64,000 nt of DNA from assembly GCA_963675245.1 (NCBI GenBank), contig OY775910.1, positions 288,001 through 352,000 of the forward strand, given 5' to 3'. The position numbers and the translations under genes were made by a program. The DNA comes from Acholeplasmataceae bacterium. Its GTDB lineage: Bacteria; Bacillota_I; Bacilli_A; Acholeplasmatales; Acholeplasmataceae. Positions 20,981 to 31,001 of the stretch are shown piece by piece. Below the pieces are notes generated by a model. It did not search any database and had not been told where the DNA came from. It saw only the letters and a list, made by a program, of their open reading frames with translations. How positions within the stretch are numbered: position 1 is the stretch's first letter; each line of letters begins with the position of its first letter.

Positions 20981-21799
20981 ATGAAAAGATACCTAATTGC
21001 CTGTGATATTGATGGGACAACACTCAATCATGATGGCAAATTAACTAAAAAAACGAAAGAAACACTTAAGAAGTATGAAGACATGGGTCATTTGGTTGTC
21101 CTAGCTACTGGTAGACCATTAGGTGCGACCTTACCTATTTATGAAGAAATCGGATTAAGAACACCGATCGTTACAGACAATGGCGCATCTATTGATCATC
21201 CGCATGATGTTGATTTCGCAAGAATGAGAACGTACATTCCAAAAGATATCGTCGATAAATTATTTACATTTGCGAAACCATTTCTTGATTCAGCCTTCTT
21301 CTCAAATGAAACCACCTTATATGCTTATCAATATGATAAAGGACTTGAACAGTACTTTATTCCAGTACCAAATTTAAAGTTTGTCGAAGGTGATTTTACA
21401 ACGTTTGATGTTGAACCAGCAGGTATGATATTCGCCATCGAAGAAAAACATCAAAAAGATCTTGAAGACTGGATGACCTCTCATTACCCTAATATTATCT
21501 CATATCGATTATGGGGAACTGGTCATGGCTTATCCATTTATGAAATCTATAATAAGCATACATCAAAATCAACTGCACTTAACTACTTATTAGAATATTA
21601 CGATATCGACAAGAAAAATGTCATCGCATTTGGTGATGGTATTAACGATATTGAAATGATCAGAGATTCGGCACATGGTGTCGCAATGAAAAACGGTAAT
21701 CCATTATTAAAAGATGTCGCGGATGCGTTAACCTTTGACACCAATGATGAAGATGGATTAGTTAAATATCTAGATTATTTCTTTAATCAACAAAAATAA
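20981..21799 (+). CDS. Cof-type HAD-IIB hydrolase
   Basis: ACDIDGT, LATGR, DNGA, AFGDGINDIEM. True start ATG 20981 after GAGGTG; the ORF track extends too far upstream. Confidence 0.95.
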   Translation: MKRYLIACDIDGTTLNHDGKLTKKTKETLKKYEDMGHLVVLATGRPLGATLPIYEEIGLRTPIVTDNGASIDHPHDVDFARMRTYIPKDIVDKLFTFAKPFLDSAFFSNETTLYAYQYDKGLEQYFIPVPNLKFVEGDFTTFDVEPAGMIFAIEEKHQKDLEDWMTSHYPNIISYRLWGTGHGLSIYEIYNKHTSKSTALNYLLEYYDIDKKNVIAFGDGINDIEMIRDSAHGVAMKNGNPLLKDVADALTFDTNDEDGLVKYLDYFFNQQK

Positions 21800-21824
21800 A
21801 GCCGTTATCGGCTTTTTATTTTTT
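21793..21824. terminator. Bidirectional intrinsic terminator
   Basis: AAAGCCG-TTAT-CGGCTTT flanked by A and T runs, between the convergent Cof gene and the cassette array. Confidence 0.75.
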
Positions 21825-21948
21825 CTTATTTAATTTCCACTAGTCCTTCTAATACGAGAAGCCATTTGATACGTTTCTTTTTATTCATTTATCAACCTCT
21901 GTGAACAATTTAGAAAACATCAATGTCACTCATATTAAAAACACCAAT

Positions 21949-22128
21949 CTATGATTCCTCATCGTCTTCTGGTTTATGTTGTTTTAGGTATCCAGCAAGA
22001 AACATGACCGCAAATATTGTAAGCATCCCTAAATATCCTAGATGAGCACGAGATAATATTATTGTCATTATAATTAATCCAAAAAACCCAATGAGTGCTA
22101 TGATAAAATTAAATACTTTAAAATTCAT
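21949..22128 (-). CDS. Small two-TM membrane protein (cassette E), paralog of 22820-23005
   Basis: MNFKVFNF..IFAVMFLAGYLKQHKPEDDEES; RBS GGGGG, promoter TGTTATAAT. Confidence 0.75.
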   Translation of the reverse strand: MNFKVFNFIIALIGFFGLIIMTIILSRAHLGYLGMLTIFAVMFLAGYLKQHKPEDDEES

Positions 22129-22176
22129 ATTCCCCCATCCGACAATCATTAGTTAATGTATATTATAACATGGAAT

Positions 22177-22254
22177 TAAAAAAGCCCCACTAAGGGCTTT
22201 GTTTATAAATTGAAGATATATAAGGGAAATGAGTACTAATCAATAGTTTAGGAG
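22177..22254 (-). repeat. Decayed tRNA-Arg 3'-half plus terminator repeat (copy 4)
   Basis: 22211-22254 aligns to 24648-24692 at about 24/45 with one gap; 14 of 20 mismatches are G>A or C>T. Adjacent hairpin AAAGCCC..GGGCTTT. Confidence 0.7.
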
Positions 22255-22269
22255 AACGTTCTATTCATA

Positions 22270-22650
22270 TCATGTTAATGTTGACTGATATGTTTCACCT
22301 GTTATGATAAAGAATACATTATCATCTTTGAATGCAATAATGAGATTTTTATATACCGCAAAAATTTGCGATAAATTTTCATCATCCATTCTTGATTCAT
22401 AATCTTGAAGACTAAAATATGCTTCAGCATCTTCGTTATTATCAAATTCTAAAATGTACGCTGCAAATTGTCCATTTTCATCTATTACACGATATTCATG
22501 AACGATATTATCAAATTCGCTTGTTGAAGTTTCAACAGTATAATGATTACTTTCTAAATCTTTAATGACATTATCTACAGAATAGCATCCAGTAAGTAAC
22601 GTCAAAAGTATTATAAATAATAGTAACGACAAAAGTTTTGAAATATTCAT
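22270..22650 (-). CDS. Predicted lipoprotein (cassette D)
   Basis: MNISKLLSLLLFIILLTLLTGC signal peptide with lipobox LTGC, acidic mature part; promoter TGATATAAT. Confidence 0.8.
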   Translation of the reverse strand: MNISKLLSLLLFIILLTLLTGCYSVDNVIKDLESNHYTVETSTSEFDNIVHEYRVIDENGQFAAYILEFDNNEDAEAYFSLQDYESRMDDENLSQIFAVYKNLIIAFKDDNVFFIITGETYQSTLT

Positions 22651-22719
22651 AATGCCCCCAATTAACATGTTTTCTTTTATTATATCACTTTATATCACCA
22701 AGAAATAGATTTTATTATT

Positions 22720-22797
22720 AAAAAATCCCTTAAAAAGGGATTCATTGTTCTAGTGGCACAATGTAAAATATTTGAAACGTGAGTCATGATTTATAGC
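22720..22797 (-). repeat. Decayed tRNA-Arg 3'-half plus terminator repeat (copy 3)
   Basis: Terminator AAAAAATCCCTTAAAAAGGGATT nearly identical to the tRNA terminator, then TTCTAGTGGC (vs TTCTAATGGC) and ATTTGAA at the same offset as the T-loop ATTCGAA. Confidence 0.7.
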
Positions 22798-22819
22798 TAA
22801 TGACATATAAGACATAATA

Positions 22820-23005
22820 CTACTTTTCTTCATCTAATTCATTTTCTGGTTCGCTTTGTTTTAAGTAACCTGCAAGAAACATTACTGCAAAAATAAATAA
22901 CAATGCGATAGATCCTGCATTTATTGTAATTAAATAAATCGTTACACCTATCATCCCCAAAAAACCGACAATTGATAGCCGGACATTAAACTCTCTAAAA
23001 CTCAT
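22820..23005 (-). CDS. Small two-TM membrane protein (cassette C), paralog of 21949-22128
   Basis: MSFREFNV..IFAVMFLAGYLKQSEPENELDEEK; RBS GAGGAGGGG, promoter TGATATAAT. Confidence 0.78.
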   Translation of the reverse strand: MSFREFNVRLSIVGFLGMIGVTIYLITINAGSIALLFIFAVMFLAGYLKQSEPENELDEEK

Positions 23006-23063
23006 ATTACCCCTCCTCATTATAAAATTTTGATTATACTTATTATATCATACCTTTAAAAAA

Positions 23064-23144
23064 CAAAAAATCCCTCAACAAAGGGATTTATTTTTCTAAT
23101 AGCGATGCACGAGGGATTCGAACCCTCGATCGACGGCTTAGAAG
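23064..23144 (-). repeat. tRNA-Arg 3'-half plus terminator repeat (copy 2, attR-like)
   Basis: 23100-23144 matches 24648-24692 at 42/45. Identity stops exactly at the anticodon loop CTTCTAA; same terminator adjacent. Confidence 0.95.
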
Positions 23145-23178
23145 ATCATTTAGTCAGCACGAGGATTTTATAGTCAAT

Positions 23179-23847
23179 TTACAACTTAGACAGTTTTTTA
23201 AGGAATTTTGAAAACTTGCTAGGTTCCACATAGTTTATTTCTGATTTAACAAATCCTTTTAGTTTCTCTAAGTTTTTATGATACGATCTATTTATTTTTG
23301 TCACATTATCCTTATATTGCTTTTTATCAATATCTAATAGATTTTCATCACTAAAAGTATTTTCATATTCTAAAAATGATTCTCTTTTCTTCTTTTTGTC
23401 AAAATTAAACAATTTAATCGTGTCTTCCAAGAGATTTTTTTCTTCATTCATATTAAAATATTCTAATGAATCAATAATTTCATCGATATAGTTTACTAGA
23501 GATACTTCTCCTAAAACTTTGAAACCATATTCATGAATAAATCGTAAAAACTCATAGACTAAATAAACCTTAATAAATATAGTATCATTACTATTGATCA
23601 TTTTTTTAACATATTCCACTTTATCAAAATTTGTATAATATAACACATATTCCCAAATTATGTCTAAAATCTTTTCTTCTGGAATTCCTCGTAACAATTC
23701 ATATGATAGTGGATATGCCTTATAGAAGTTAACAATTTTACTTTTTCTTTCTTCTGCCTTCTTCATCATCTTTTCCATGTTAAATGAGAAAGCTTCACTT
23801 TTACTGATTCTCATTAATTTTTTAGCATGCTTGTTTTTTTTATACAT
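23179..23847 (-). CDS. AT-rich hypothetical protein (cassette B), possible DUF4375/DMP19-like helical domain
   Basis: 222-aa ORF with RBS GAGG and promoter CTACGGTGATATAAT. Family resemblance is by eye only. Confidence 0.75.
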   Translation of the reverse strand: MYKKNKHAKKLMRISKSEAFSFNMEKMMKKAEERKSKIVNFYKAYPLSYELLRGIPEEKILDIIWEYVLYYTNFDKVEYVKKMINSNDTIFIKVYLVYEFLRFIHEYGFKVLGEVSLVNYIDEIIDSLEYFNMNEEKNLLEDTIKLFNFDKKKKRESFLEYENTFSDENLLDIDKKQYKDNVTKINRSYHKNLEKLKGFVKSEINYVEPSKFSKFLKKLSKL

Positions 23848-23919
23848 AAGGATTTTCCTCAGAGTTTTCTTTAATTATATCACCGTAGGGCTCTTTAGAA
23901 AACGCCAAATTAACACTAA

Positions 23920-24000
23920 CAAAAAATCCCTTAACTAAGGGATTCATTTTTCTAATGGCGATGCACGAGGGATTCGAACCCCCGACCGACGGTTTAGAAG
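23920..24000 (-). repeat. tRNA-Arg 3'-half plus terminator repeat (copy 1, attR-like)
   Basis: 23956-24000 matches 24648-24692 at 44/45, ends at the anticodon loop; same terminator adjacent. Confidence 0.97.
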
Positions 24001-24049
24001 ACCTTCTAGTTTTAATAAAATTGTATTTAATTGAGATTTTTAGACTTGT

Positions 24050-24532
24050 TTATTTTTTCCATATACTCAACAAATACTCATAATCCTTTTTATCATATAG
24101 CAGTGTAATATAAGTATCCTCTTTCATTAAGTAATCAGGTTTTTTGATGTTCTCATCTGAATAAATAATTAAGATGTAAATGTCATCATTTTGGTTTCTA
24201 TATTTATTAAGATTAGATGTTTTTATTTGAAGTACTTCGTTGAAATTCATTTTCTTAACAACTCCAAATGGCCATCTAATGATTATGTTATCTCCTTCTA
24301 TATAACCCCATCTTACCCCTTGTTTTAGAAAAATAAAAATATATACCAAAATACTGCAAATGGCTAACAAGCTAAATATTATTAGAATTGTTGGTGTAGC
24401 TGTTGAATTGCTATTTCTTTGAAAATAAGCTAATAAGACAGCGAATATTGGTACAAAAACCAATAATATGCCACAGCCTAAGCCAAACAATAGGTAATTT
24501 CCTATATTTAATTTAAATCTATACTTACTCAT
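24050..24532 (-). CDS. AT-rich two-TM membrane protein (cassette A)
   Basis: Two hydrophobic helices then a soluble domain. Start MSKYRF after GGTGGGG; promoter TTGAAA-16-TATAAT with extended TG. Confidence 0.78.
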   Translation of the reverse strand: MSKYRFKLNIGNYLLFGLGCGILLVFVPIFAVLLAYFQRNSNSTATPTILIIFSLLAICSILVYIFIFLKQGVRWGYIEGDNIIIRWPFGVVKKMNFNEVLQIKTSNLNKYRNQNDDIYILIIYSDENIKKPDYLMKEDTYITLLYDKKDYEYLLSIWKK

Positions 24533-24610
24533 AAATCCCCACCATAGCATTATATCTTATTCTTATTATATCACCGTAGATCTCCCTTTCAAATAAGAAA
24601 TATTAGTCTA

Positions 24611-24643
24611 CAAAAAAATCCCTTAACAAAGGGATTTGTTTTT
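24611..24643 (-). terminator. Intrinsic terminator after tRNA-Arg
   Basis: AAATCCCTT-TGTT-AAGGGATTT followed by further U residues on the minus strand. Confidence 0.85.
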
Positions 24644-24647
24644 CTAA

Positions 24648-24724
<77 letters not shown>

Positions 24725-24741
24725 AAACACGCGCATTGATT

Positions 24742-24770
24742 ATTATAACGTAATCAACGCGGAATGTAAA
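24742..24770 (-). promoter_or_regulatory. sigma-A promoter of tRNA-Arg
   Basis: TTTACA-17 bp-TATAAT. Confidence 0.75.
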
Positions 24771-24776
24771 GTGCTA

Positions 24777-25214
24777 TTAAACCTTTATTTTTCCAAGTTC
24801 GCTCACTTTGTCTAAAATTCGTAAAAAAGTTTCAGTATCTTCTTGTCCTAAGTGGTTAGAAAGTACTTCAATAGGCTTATAATATGTGTCTCTGATTGCT
24901 TCCACATAGTGCTTACCAGTAGGTGTTAATCTGATATAAATCACACGTAAATCATTAGCTGAAGGAACTTTTTCAACAAATTCTTTATTAACAAGTTCGT
25001 TTACTTTGTGGGTTACCGCTGGTAACGTCACTTTTAGACGATTAGCAATGTCAGTTAATTTCACTTTTTGATTAATATCGCAAAATGCGACACAGAATAA
25101 AACCATAATGTCAGCATCACTTAACTTTGTGTCAATCCGATCATAAATACCTGATCGTCTAAAAACTTTTAAAGCACGATCAAGTTCTTGTAATATTCGA
25201 TAATTTTTTTCCAT
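24777..25214 (-). CDS. MarR-family transcriptional regulator
   Basis: LTDIANRLKVTLPAVTHKVNELVNKEFV..DLRVIYIRLTPTG winged HTH. Start MEKNY after GGAGG. Confidence 0.92.
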   Translation of the reverse strand: MEKNYRILQELDRALKVFRRSGIYDRIDTKLSDADIMVLFCVAFCDINQKVKLTDIANRLKVTLPAVTHKVNELVNKEFVEKVPSANDLRVIYIRLTPTGKHYVEAIRDTYYKPIEVLSNHLGQEDTETFLRILDKVSELGKIKV

Positions 25215-25262
25215 ATGTTCCTCCACCAAAATAAAATCATTTTACAATTTATTTATCATTAA

Positions 25263-25280
25263 TAAGAAATGTATTTCTTA
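25263..25280. promoter_or_regulatory. Palindromic operator, probable MarR autoregulatory site
   Basis: TAAGAAAT-GT-ATTTCTTA perfect 8-2-8 IR just downstream of a TGGTAAAAT -10 element. Confidence 0.55.
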
Positions 25281-25308
25281 ACTCTTATTTTACCATGTTT
25301 TACATCTT

Positions 25309-25932
25309 TTACAAGACACTTTTTAAGTACGTAACTAAGGGATCTAATGCCTTTCTTTTTGTGTCATCTGCTTGTTTCATAATGGTTAATAGTTGATTTA
25401 ATTTTCGTTTATAATATGGCTTTGATTCTGCTTTATGTTGTAAGACTGGTCCAAGGTAAGCATCTCTTTTTGAGAGTACCATTTCTCCACGTTCTACAAC
25501 CATCACAATATAATAAAACCCCTCATGAACGATCAATTCATCTTTTATGATGAAACCATGATCACTTAAATATGTTCTTAAGACATCATGTTTATCATTT
25601 GCTTGTAAGATATATGTCATTTGTGACGTAGGTGCACCATCTAATATGTCAGATATGGTGGTTGCACCCATGCCTGCGATAATCGCTAAATCAACATGCT
25701 CATGAATCTCTTTAAACCCATCAGAAACAATAAACGTTACTGGTAAATGATCTAGGTTTTCTTTGGCTTGATTTAAAGGTTTTTCACCGATATCTGAAGC
25801 GATTGCTTGTTTAATATGCCCTAAATCAAATGCCCTTTTTAAAACGAGTCCGTGATCCGTACCAATATCAAGTACTCTATCATAACCTTTTGTAAGTGAG
25901 GCTAATAAATGAATGCGTTTATTTCTTGCCAT
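25309..25932 (-). CDS. trmK: tRNA (adenine22-N1)-methyltransferase
   Basis: [22 protein letters not shown]; follows sigA as in Firmicutes. Confidence 0.93.
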   Translation of the reverse strand: MARNKRIHLLASLTKGYDRVLDIGTDHGLVLKRAFDLGHIKQAIASDIGEKPLNQAKENLDHLPVTFIVSDGFKEIHEHVDLAIIAGMGATTISDILDGAPTSQMTYILQANDKHDVLRTYLSDHGFIIKDELIVHEGFYYIVMVVERGEMVLSKRDAYLGPVLQHKAESKPYYKRKLNQLLTIMKQADDTKRKALDPLVTYLKSVL

Positions 25933-27187
25933 AATAAAATTCTTTAAGTTTGTTTTGACGTGACGGAGATCTTAATTTGCGTAAAGCTTTCGCTTCAATC
26001 TGACGAATACGTTCACGTGTGACACCGAATTCTCTACCCACTTCTTCAAGCGTGTGGTTTTTACCGTCAAATAGACCATAACGTAAACGTAATACTTTTT
26101 CTTCACGGTCTGTTAACGTTTCTAAGACTTCATCTAACGTTTGTTTGACCATTTCTTGAAGCATATATTCATGTGGTGTTAACGCATTTGGATCAGAAAT
26201 AAAATCACCGAGTGATGAATCTTCTTCTTCACCCACATGTGCTTCTAATGAAATAGGTTCTTTTGCGATACGTTGAATATTTTGAACTTTTTCAGGTGTA
26301 ATTCCCATTTTTTCAGCAATTTCATCAATGGATGGTTCACGACCATAATCTTGAATGAGTTGTCGTTGAATACGAATCATTTTATTAATGGTTTCAACCA
26401 TATGAACAGGAATTCTAATCGTTCTAGCTTGATCCGCAACAGCACGCGTAATTGCTTGTCTTATCCACCATGTAGCATATGTTGAAAATTTAAATCCTTT
26501 TTCATAATCAAATTTATCGACAGCACGCATAAGTCCCATATTACCTTCTTGAATTAAATCAAGGAATAAAAGACCACGACCTACATATCTTTTCGCGATG
26601 GATACAACTAAACGATAATTTGCTTCAACAAGTTTGTTTTTAGCCCATTGTGCAATTTCAATCGTGTTCTTTAATTCTTCTAGGTCATTATCTGATAATT
26701 CAAGAGAGCCAGCATCATATGCTTCATACTGTTCTTTAGCATAGCGGCCATTTGAAACTTGAATTGCGTATTTTTGTTCTTGGTCATGTGTTAATAAAGG
26801 AATTTGTCCAATTTCTTTTAAATACATTCTAACGGGATCATCTATTTTAACAGTTGATACAATGGTTTCAATATTAGTTAGTTCTTCTTCTTCAACGTCA
26901 AGTTCTGATAACGATAGTTCATCTGGTTCATCTTCATCATCGAGATTATCTTCTTCATCTGCATCATCTTCGTCTAGTTCAAGTGTGTCATCACTTAATT
27001 CTAAATCTTCAACATTGTCATTTTCTTCTGGCTCAATGATGTCAATATCATTATTGAGTAATTCACGCATAATATTAAAATATTGCTCGCTGCCTTCTTT
27101 CGCGAATGGTGTGACATCTTCTTGATTAACAAAGCCGTCGTCACCTGCTTTTTTCACAAGCTTTTTAATAATTTTTTCTAATTCCAT
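25919..27187 (-). CDS. rpoD: Primary sigma factor RpoD/SigA
   Basis: [42 protein letters not shown]. Confidence 0.99.
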   Translation of the reverse strand: MELEKIIKKLVKKAGDDGFVNQEDVTPFAKEGSEQYFNIMRELLNNDIDIIEPEENDNVEDLELSDDTLELDEDDADEEDNLDDEDEPDELSLSELDVEEEELTNIETIVSTVKIDDPVRMYLKEIGQIPLLTHDQEQKYAIQVSNGRYAKEQYEAYDAGSLELSDNDLEELKNTIEIAQWAKNKLVEANYRLVVSIAKRYVGRGLLFLDLIQEGNMGLMRAVDKFDYEKGFKFSTYATWWIRQAITRAVADQARTIRIPVHMVETINKMIRIQRQLIQDYGREPSIDEIAEKMGITPEKVQNIQRIAKEPISLEAHVGEEEDSSLGDFISDPNALTPHEYMLQEMVKQTLDEVLETLTDREEKVLRLRYGLFDGKNHTLEEVGREFGVTRERIRQIEAKALRKLRSPSRQNKLKEFYYGKK

Positions 27188-27198
27188 TTTAGTTCCTC

Positions 27199-28947
27199 CT
27201 AGTGCTTCAATTTTGCTTGAAGCATTTGATATTCTTGCTGTAAAGTCAAATCATTGGGTTTGACTTTTAAAAGTTCTTTAAGTTCATTAATGCGTCGTTT
27301 GTCTGTATAACCTTTTAGGATGTCGATATGCTCATCAAAGCCTTCATTATCAAAATCAAAAACGTTTGTCCAATACATATTTTTCAAAATGTCTTCTTCC
27401 ATGAATGTGCGTTCTTCTGACGCCAGTATATTTAAGAAATCATCAGGAATTAATATATCGTGTTCTGAATAATAATCTTCAACCTTAATTCTTAACATAG
27501 CGACCTTAGGATCAATATAATCACTAAGTGCGAGTCTGGATTGTATATATGTACTCGAAACTTTCGACCTTAACATGCCACAAAGTAAATAGCGCTCTGC
27601 ATTTTCATATCGATTAAGCAATCGTTTCTTAGCAACCTTTTTAGGTAATGGTGTCGGTTCGCTTGTTGCTGGTCTAATCGATATTCGTGGCTTTTTAATG
27701 ATGATGTCATTTTCATTAATGTGAAGATCATTCGCTAATTTCTTACGGTATACTGCTTGAATCGCTTCATCCGCATTAACAAGCATTTTAATGACATCAT
27801 CTTTAAATGATTTAATGTCATTTGCGTTTTTTAAATTCTTACCATATTTATACGATTGATAACGAAATTGATATGGATCAATCACATTTTCTCCGTAGAG
27901 TGCTTCGTATTTATTTGGTCCATAATTTTGAACGAATTCATCAGGATCCATACCGTCAGGCAAGACTAAGATACCGACTTTTAATGATACAGCAGATAAG
28001 ATTAATATGGCTTGACGTGTCGCTTTTTGACCTGCTTCATCACCATCATATGCAATTACGACACTTGGCGTAACTTGTTTTAATAAGCGTGCGTGTTGCG
28101 TGGTTAGTGCCGTTCCCATTGTCGCGACCGTGTTTTTAACACCTGCTTGATAACTTGCAATCACATCAAAGAAACCTTCATGCAAGATAACGTGTTTTGC
28201 TTTTCGAATATCCCCTAAACTTTCATAAAGGTGATATACAAGTTCACTCTTTTTAAAGATAGCCGTTTCAGGACTATTAATATACTTAATTTTATCTGTT
28301 TTAGACAATGTCCTGCCACTAAATCCAACCACATGACCTCTTAAATCCGTAATTGGAAACATGACACGATTCGCGAACAAATCAAAATAATTCCCATCAT
28401 CGCCTTGTTTCACAAGACCAAGTTTAATCATATCAGAAACAGCGAAACCTTTATCTTTTAGGATCTTATAAAGGGTTTCTCCTCTTGCTGGTGCATAACC
28501 GATATTAAAGTGTTCAATCGTTTCTTCTGTTAAACCACGACCGCTTAAGTATGAAACTGCTTCTTGACCGCTTTCACTGTTTTTTAAATTAAAACGGTAG
28601 AAGTTCATCGCTTCTTTCATGAGTGCATAATCATGAGCATGTGGATCTTTTTTATAGCGACTATCTTTAATTTCAATACCCGCACGTTCTGCTAATTCTA
28701 ATGCAGCTTCAGTAAAAGGTATGCCTTTTATTTTTGAATAGAATGTAATGGGTTGACCCCCTTCGCCACATCCCATACATTTACAAATATTTTTTTCTGG
28801 ACTGACAGAAAACGATGGTGATTTTTCATCGTGAAATGGACACAAACCAAAATAGTTCTTCCCCTTCTTCTGGAGCTGAACGAATTCGGACACGAGGTCT
28901 ACAATATTAGTTTTATCGTTAATTAACCTTAAGAGCTCGTTATCCAT
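27199..28947 (-). CDS. dnaG: DNA primase
   Basis: [11 protein letters not shown] zinc domain, [26 protein letters not shown]. Confidence 0.99.
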   Translation of the reverse strand: MDNELLRLINDKTNIVDLVSEFVQLQKKGKNYFGLCPFHDEKSPSFSVSPEKNICKCMGCGEGGQPITFYSKIKGIPFTEAALELAERAGIEIKDSRYKKDPHAHDYALMKEAMNFYRFNLKNSESGQEAVSYLSGRGLTEETIEHFNIGYAPARGETLYKILKDKGFAVSDMIKLGLVKQGDDGNYFDLFANRVMFPITDLRGHVVGFSGRTLSKTDKIKYINSPETAIFKKSELVYHLYESLGDIRKAKHVILHEGFFDVIASYQAGVKNTVATMGTALTTQHARLLKQVTPSVVIAYDGDEAGQKATRQAILILSAVSLKVGILVLPDGMDPDEFVQNYGPNKYEALYGENVIDPYQFRYQSYKYGKNLKNANDIKSFKDDVIKMLVNADEAIQAVYRKKLANDLHINENDIIIKKPRISIRPATSEPTPLPKKVAKKRLLNRYENAERYLLCGMLRSKVSSTYIQSRLALSDYIDPKVAMLRIKVEDYYSEHDILIPDDFLNILASEERTFMEEDILKNMYWTNVFDFDNEGFDEHIDILKGYTDKRRINELKELLKVKPNDLTLQQEYQMLQAKLKH

Positions 28948-28963
28948 GTGTCCTCCTTATTTG

Positions 28964-30334
28964 TTAGAATTGAATACGACTTTCAATATAATTGATGAGT
29001 TCATCAATTTTAATGCGATCTTGTGTCATTGAATCACGATGACGTATCGTAACCGTATTCGTTTCTTCAGTATCGTGATCAATTGTGACACAAAGATAGG
29101 TACCGATAGAATCTTGTCTTCTATAACGTTTACCAATTGATTGTGTCTCATCATACACGGCATCAAATCGTTTTGATAACATGCCATAAATGTCTTCTGC
29201 TTTATCTTTATGTAGTTTCTTAACTAAAGGTAAGACAGCAACTTTATATGGGGCAAGTGCTGGATGAATTTTTAAGACTTGTCTTGTTGTTCCATCGCCG
29301 AGATCTTCGACTTTGTATGCATCTGCTAAAAATGCTAAGACAAGGCGTTCTACGCCAACCGCTGGTTCAACGACATATGGTAGGTAACGCTCATTTGTTT
29401 CTGGGTCTAAATATTCTAAATTTTCTCCAGAATGTTTTTGATGTGCTGTTAAATCAAAATTCGTTCGACTTGCAATACCCCAAAGTTCGTCAAATCCCCA
29501 TGGAAATTTGAATTGGATATCGGTTGTCGCATTTGAATAATGACTTAAGGCTTCAGGTTTATGATCATCAAATATCAAATGGTCTTCACTTAAACCTAAA
29601 TCTGTTAACCAATTCATACAAAATGCTTTCCAGTATTTGAACCATTTGAGTTCAGTGCCTGGTTTGCAGAAGAATTCCATTTCCATTTGTTCAAATTCAC
29701 GTGTTCTGAAAATGAAGTTACCTGGTGTAATTTCATTTCTAAATGATTTACCTACTTGACAGACACCAAATGGTAATCTCTTTCTTGTTGTTCGTTGAAT
29801 TTGTTTGAAATTTATGAACATACCTTGTGCGGTTTCTGGTCTTAAGAAAATCTTACTCGCTGAATCTAGTACAACCCCTTGATGTGTTTCAAACATCATA
29901 TTAAACTTTCGAATAGGAAGCCAATCGCTTTCACCACAAGCAGGACATGCTACTTTATGTAGTGCTAAATAGTCACTCATCTTCTCAGGTGACCAACCAT
30001 CAGCATTCACCGTATGATCATGTGCATCAATTAATTGGTCAGCTCTAAATCGTTGATGACAACTTTTACATTCCGTAAGCGGATCAGAAAAACCACCGAC
30101 ATGACCGGAGGCGACCCACACTTCAGGATTTAATAAAATAGATGTGTCAACGAGCACATTATTTGGCGTCTCTTTTTGAAACTTTTGAATCCATGCATTT
30201 TTAATGTTGTTTTTTAATTTACTACCCAAAGGTCCATAATCCCACGTGTTCGCTAAACCACCGTAAAGCTCACTTCCTTGAAAGATATATCCAGTTGTTT
30301 TCGCAAATTGTACGAGATCGTCAAGTGTTACCAT
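28964..30334 (-). CDS. glyS: Glycine--tRNA ligase (alpha2 type)
   Basis: LRPETAQG, FRNEITPGNFIFRTREFEQME, EPAVGVER. Confidence 0.98.
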   Translation of the reverse strand: MVTLDDLVQFAKTTGYIFQGSELYGGLANTWDYGPLGSKLKNNIKNAWIQKFQKETPNNVLVDTSILLNPEVWVASGHVGGFSDPLTECKSCHQRFRADQLIDAHDHTVNADGWSPEKMSDYLALHKVACPACGESDWLPIRKFNMMFETHQGVVLDSASKIFLRPETAQGMFINFKQIQRTTRKRLPFGVCQVGKSFRNEITPGNFIFRTREFEQMEMEFFCKPGTELKWFKYWKAFCMNWLTDLGLSEDHLIFDDHKPEALSHYSNATTDIQFKFPWGFDELWGIASRTNFDLTAHQKHSGENLEYLDPETNERYLPYVVEPAVGVERLVLAFLADAYKVEDLGDGTTRQVLKIHPALAPYKVAVLPLVKKLHKDKAEDIYGMLSKRFDAVYDETQSIGKRYRRQDSIGTYLCVTIDHDTEETNTVTIRHRDSMTQDRIKIDELINYIESRIQF

Positions 30335-30343
30335 AAGTGTTCC

Positions 30344-31000
30344 TCATTTCAAGTTTTTTAATGTTGTTTGTAAATGATATTGATAATATTTTTGAATGAA
30401 TGATTTGATATCGTTTAATGTATCTATTTCATAGATACCATGTTCATTATACGGTAAATAGGTCAGTTTTAAAAGAGGCGTAGCCGCTTTTACATCAAGA
30501 TCAATAAACCCTTCTTCACCATCATAGATTAACCCACCTTTTTCCACACTCACACCACGCACTAACCTACCATCTGGTTTTAAATCAATATCTAGACCGA
30601 GTGGTCTTAACATTTTAAGTGAAAAGCTGAGTGAAGCTACGTCAATATTTGGCGCTATTAAGGCATCGTTTAGTGTTTTATAAATGGCTTCATGATTCAC
30701 ATCATGGACGATAAATTTATCAATAATTTCCAACATCAACGCAGCAGATTGGGTATGATGATAATCATCTTTAATTGCTTGATAGTCATCGATTAACGTC
30801 GCGTCCGCTAGTGTATACATCGATTTATTCAAATGTTCTTTAAACGTTATTTTCGTTAAAAATTGGGCCATCACGCGTGAAGAAGCGTTAAGTTTTTGTG
30901 AGCCTTTTGCAATGAGTGTGACTTTTCCAAACGGTGTATATGTAAATAGTAATCTAGCACTTTCTTGATAAGGTTGTACCTTATAAACAATGCCTTCCAT
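30344..31000 (-). CDS. recO: DNA repair protein RecO
   Basis: EGIVYK..YQESARLL..GKVTLIAKG OB-fold; era-recO-glyS synteny. Confidence 0.9.
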   Translation of the reverse strand: MEGIVYKVQPYQESARLLFTYTPFGKVTLIAKGSQKLNASSRVMAQFLTKITFKEHLNKSMYTLADATLIDDYQAIKDDYHHTQSAALMLEIIDKFIVHDVNHEAIYKTLNDALIAPNIDVASLSFSLKMLRPLGLDIDLKPDGRLVRGVSVEKGGLIYDGEEGFIDLDVKAATPLLKLTYLPYNEHGIYEIDTLNDIKSFIQKYYQYHLQTTLKNLK

Positions 31001-31001
31001 C

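Noticed and set aside
21826..21888. 20-aa minus-strand ORF MNKKKRIKWLLVLEGLVEIK with AGAGG upstream
   Set aside because: Too short to support; its apparent RBS overlaps the putative fifth decayed att copy. It may be a remnant or chance.
23100..24000. Additional functional tRNA genes
   Set aside because: The copies lack the 5' acceptor strand, D-arm and 5' anticodon strand; copy 2 also ends CTA instead of CCA.
26862..27125. Ser-rich plus-strand ORF
   Set aside because: Antisense shadow of the Asp/Glu-rich N-terminus of RpoD.
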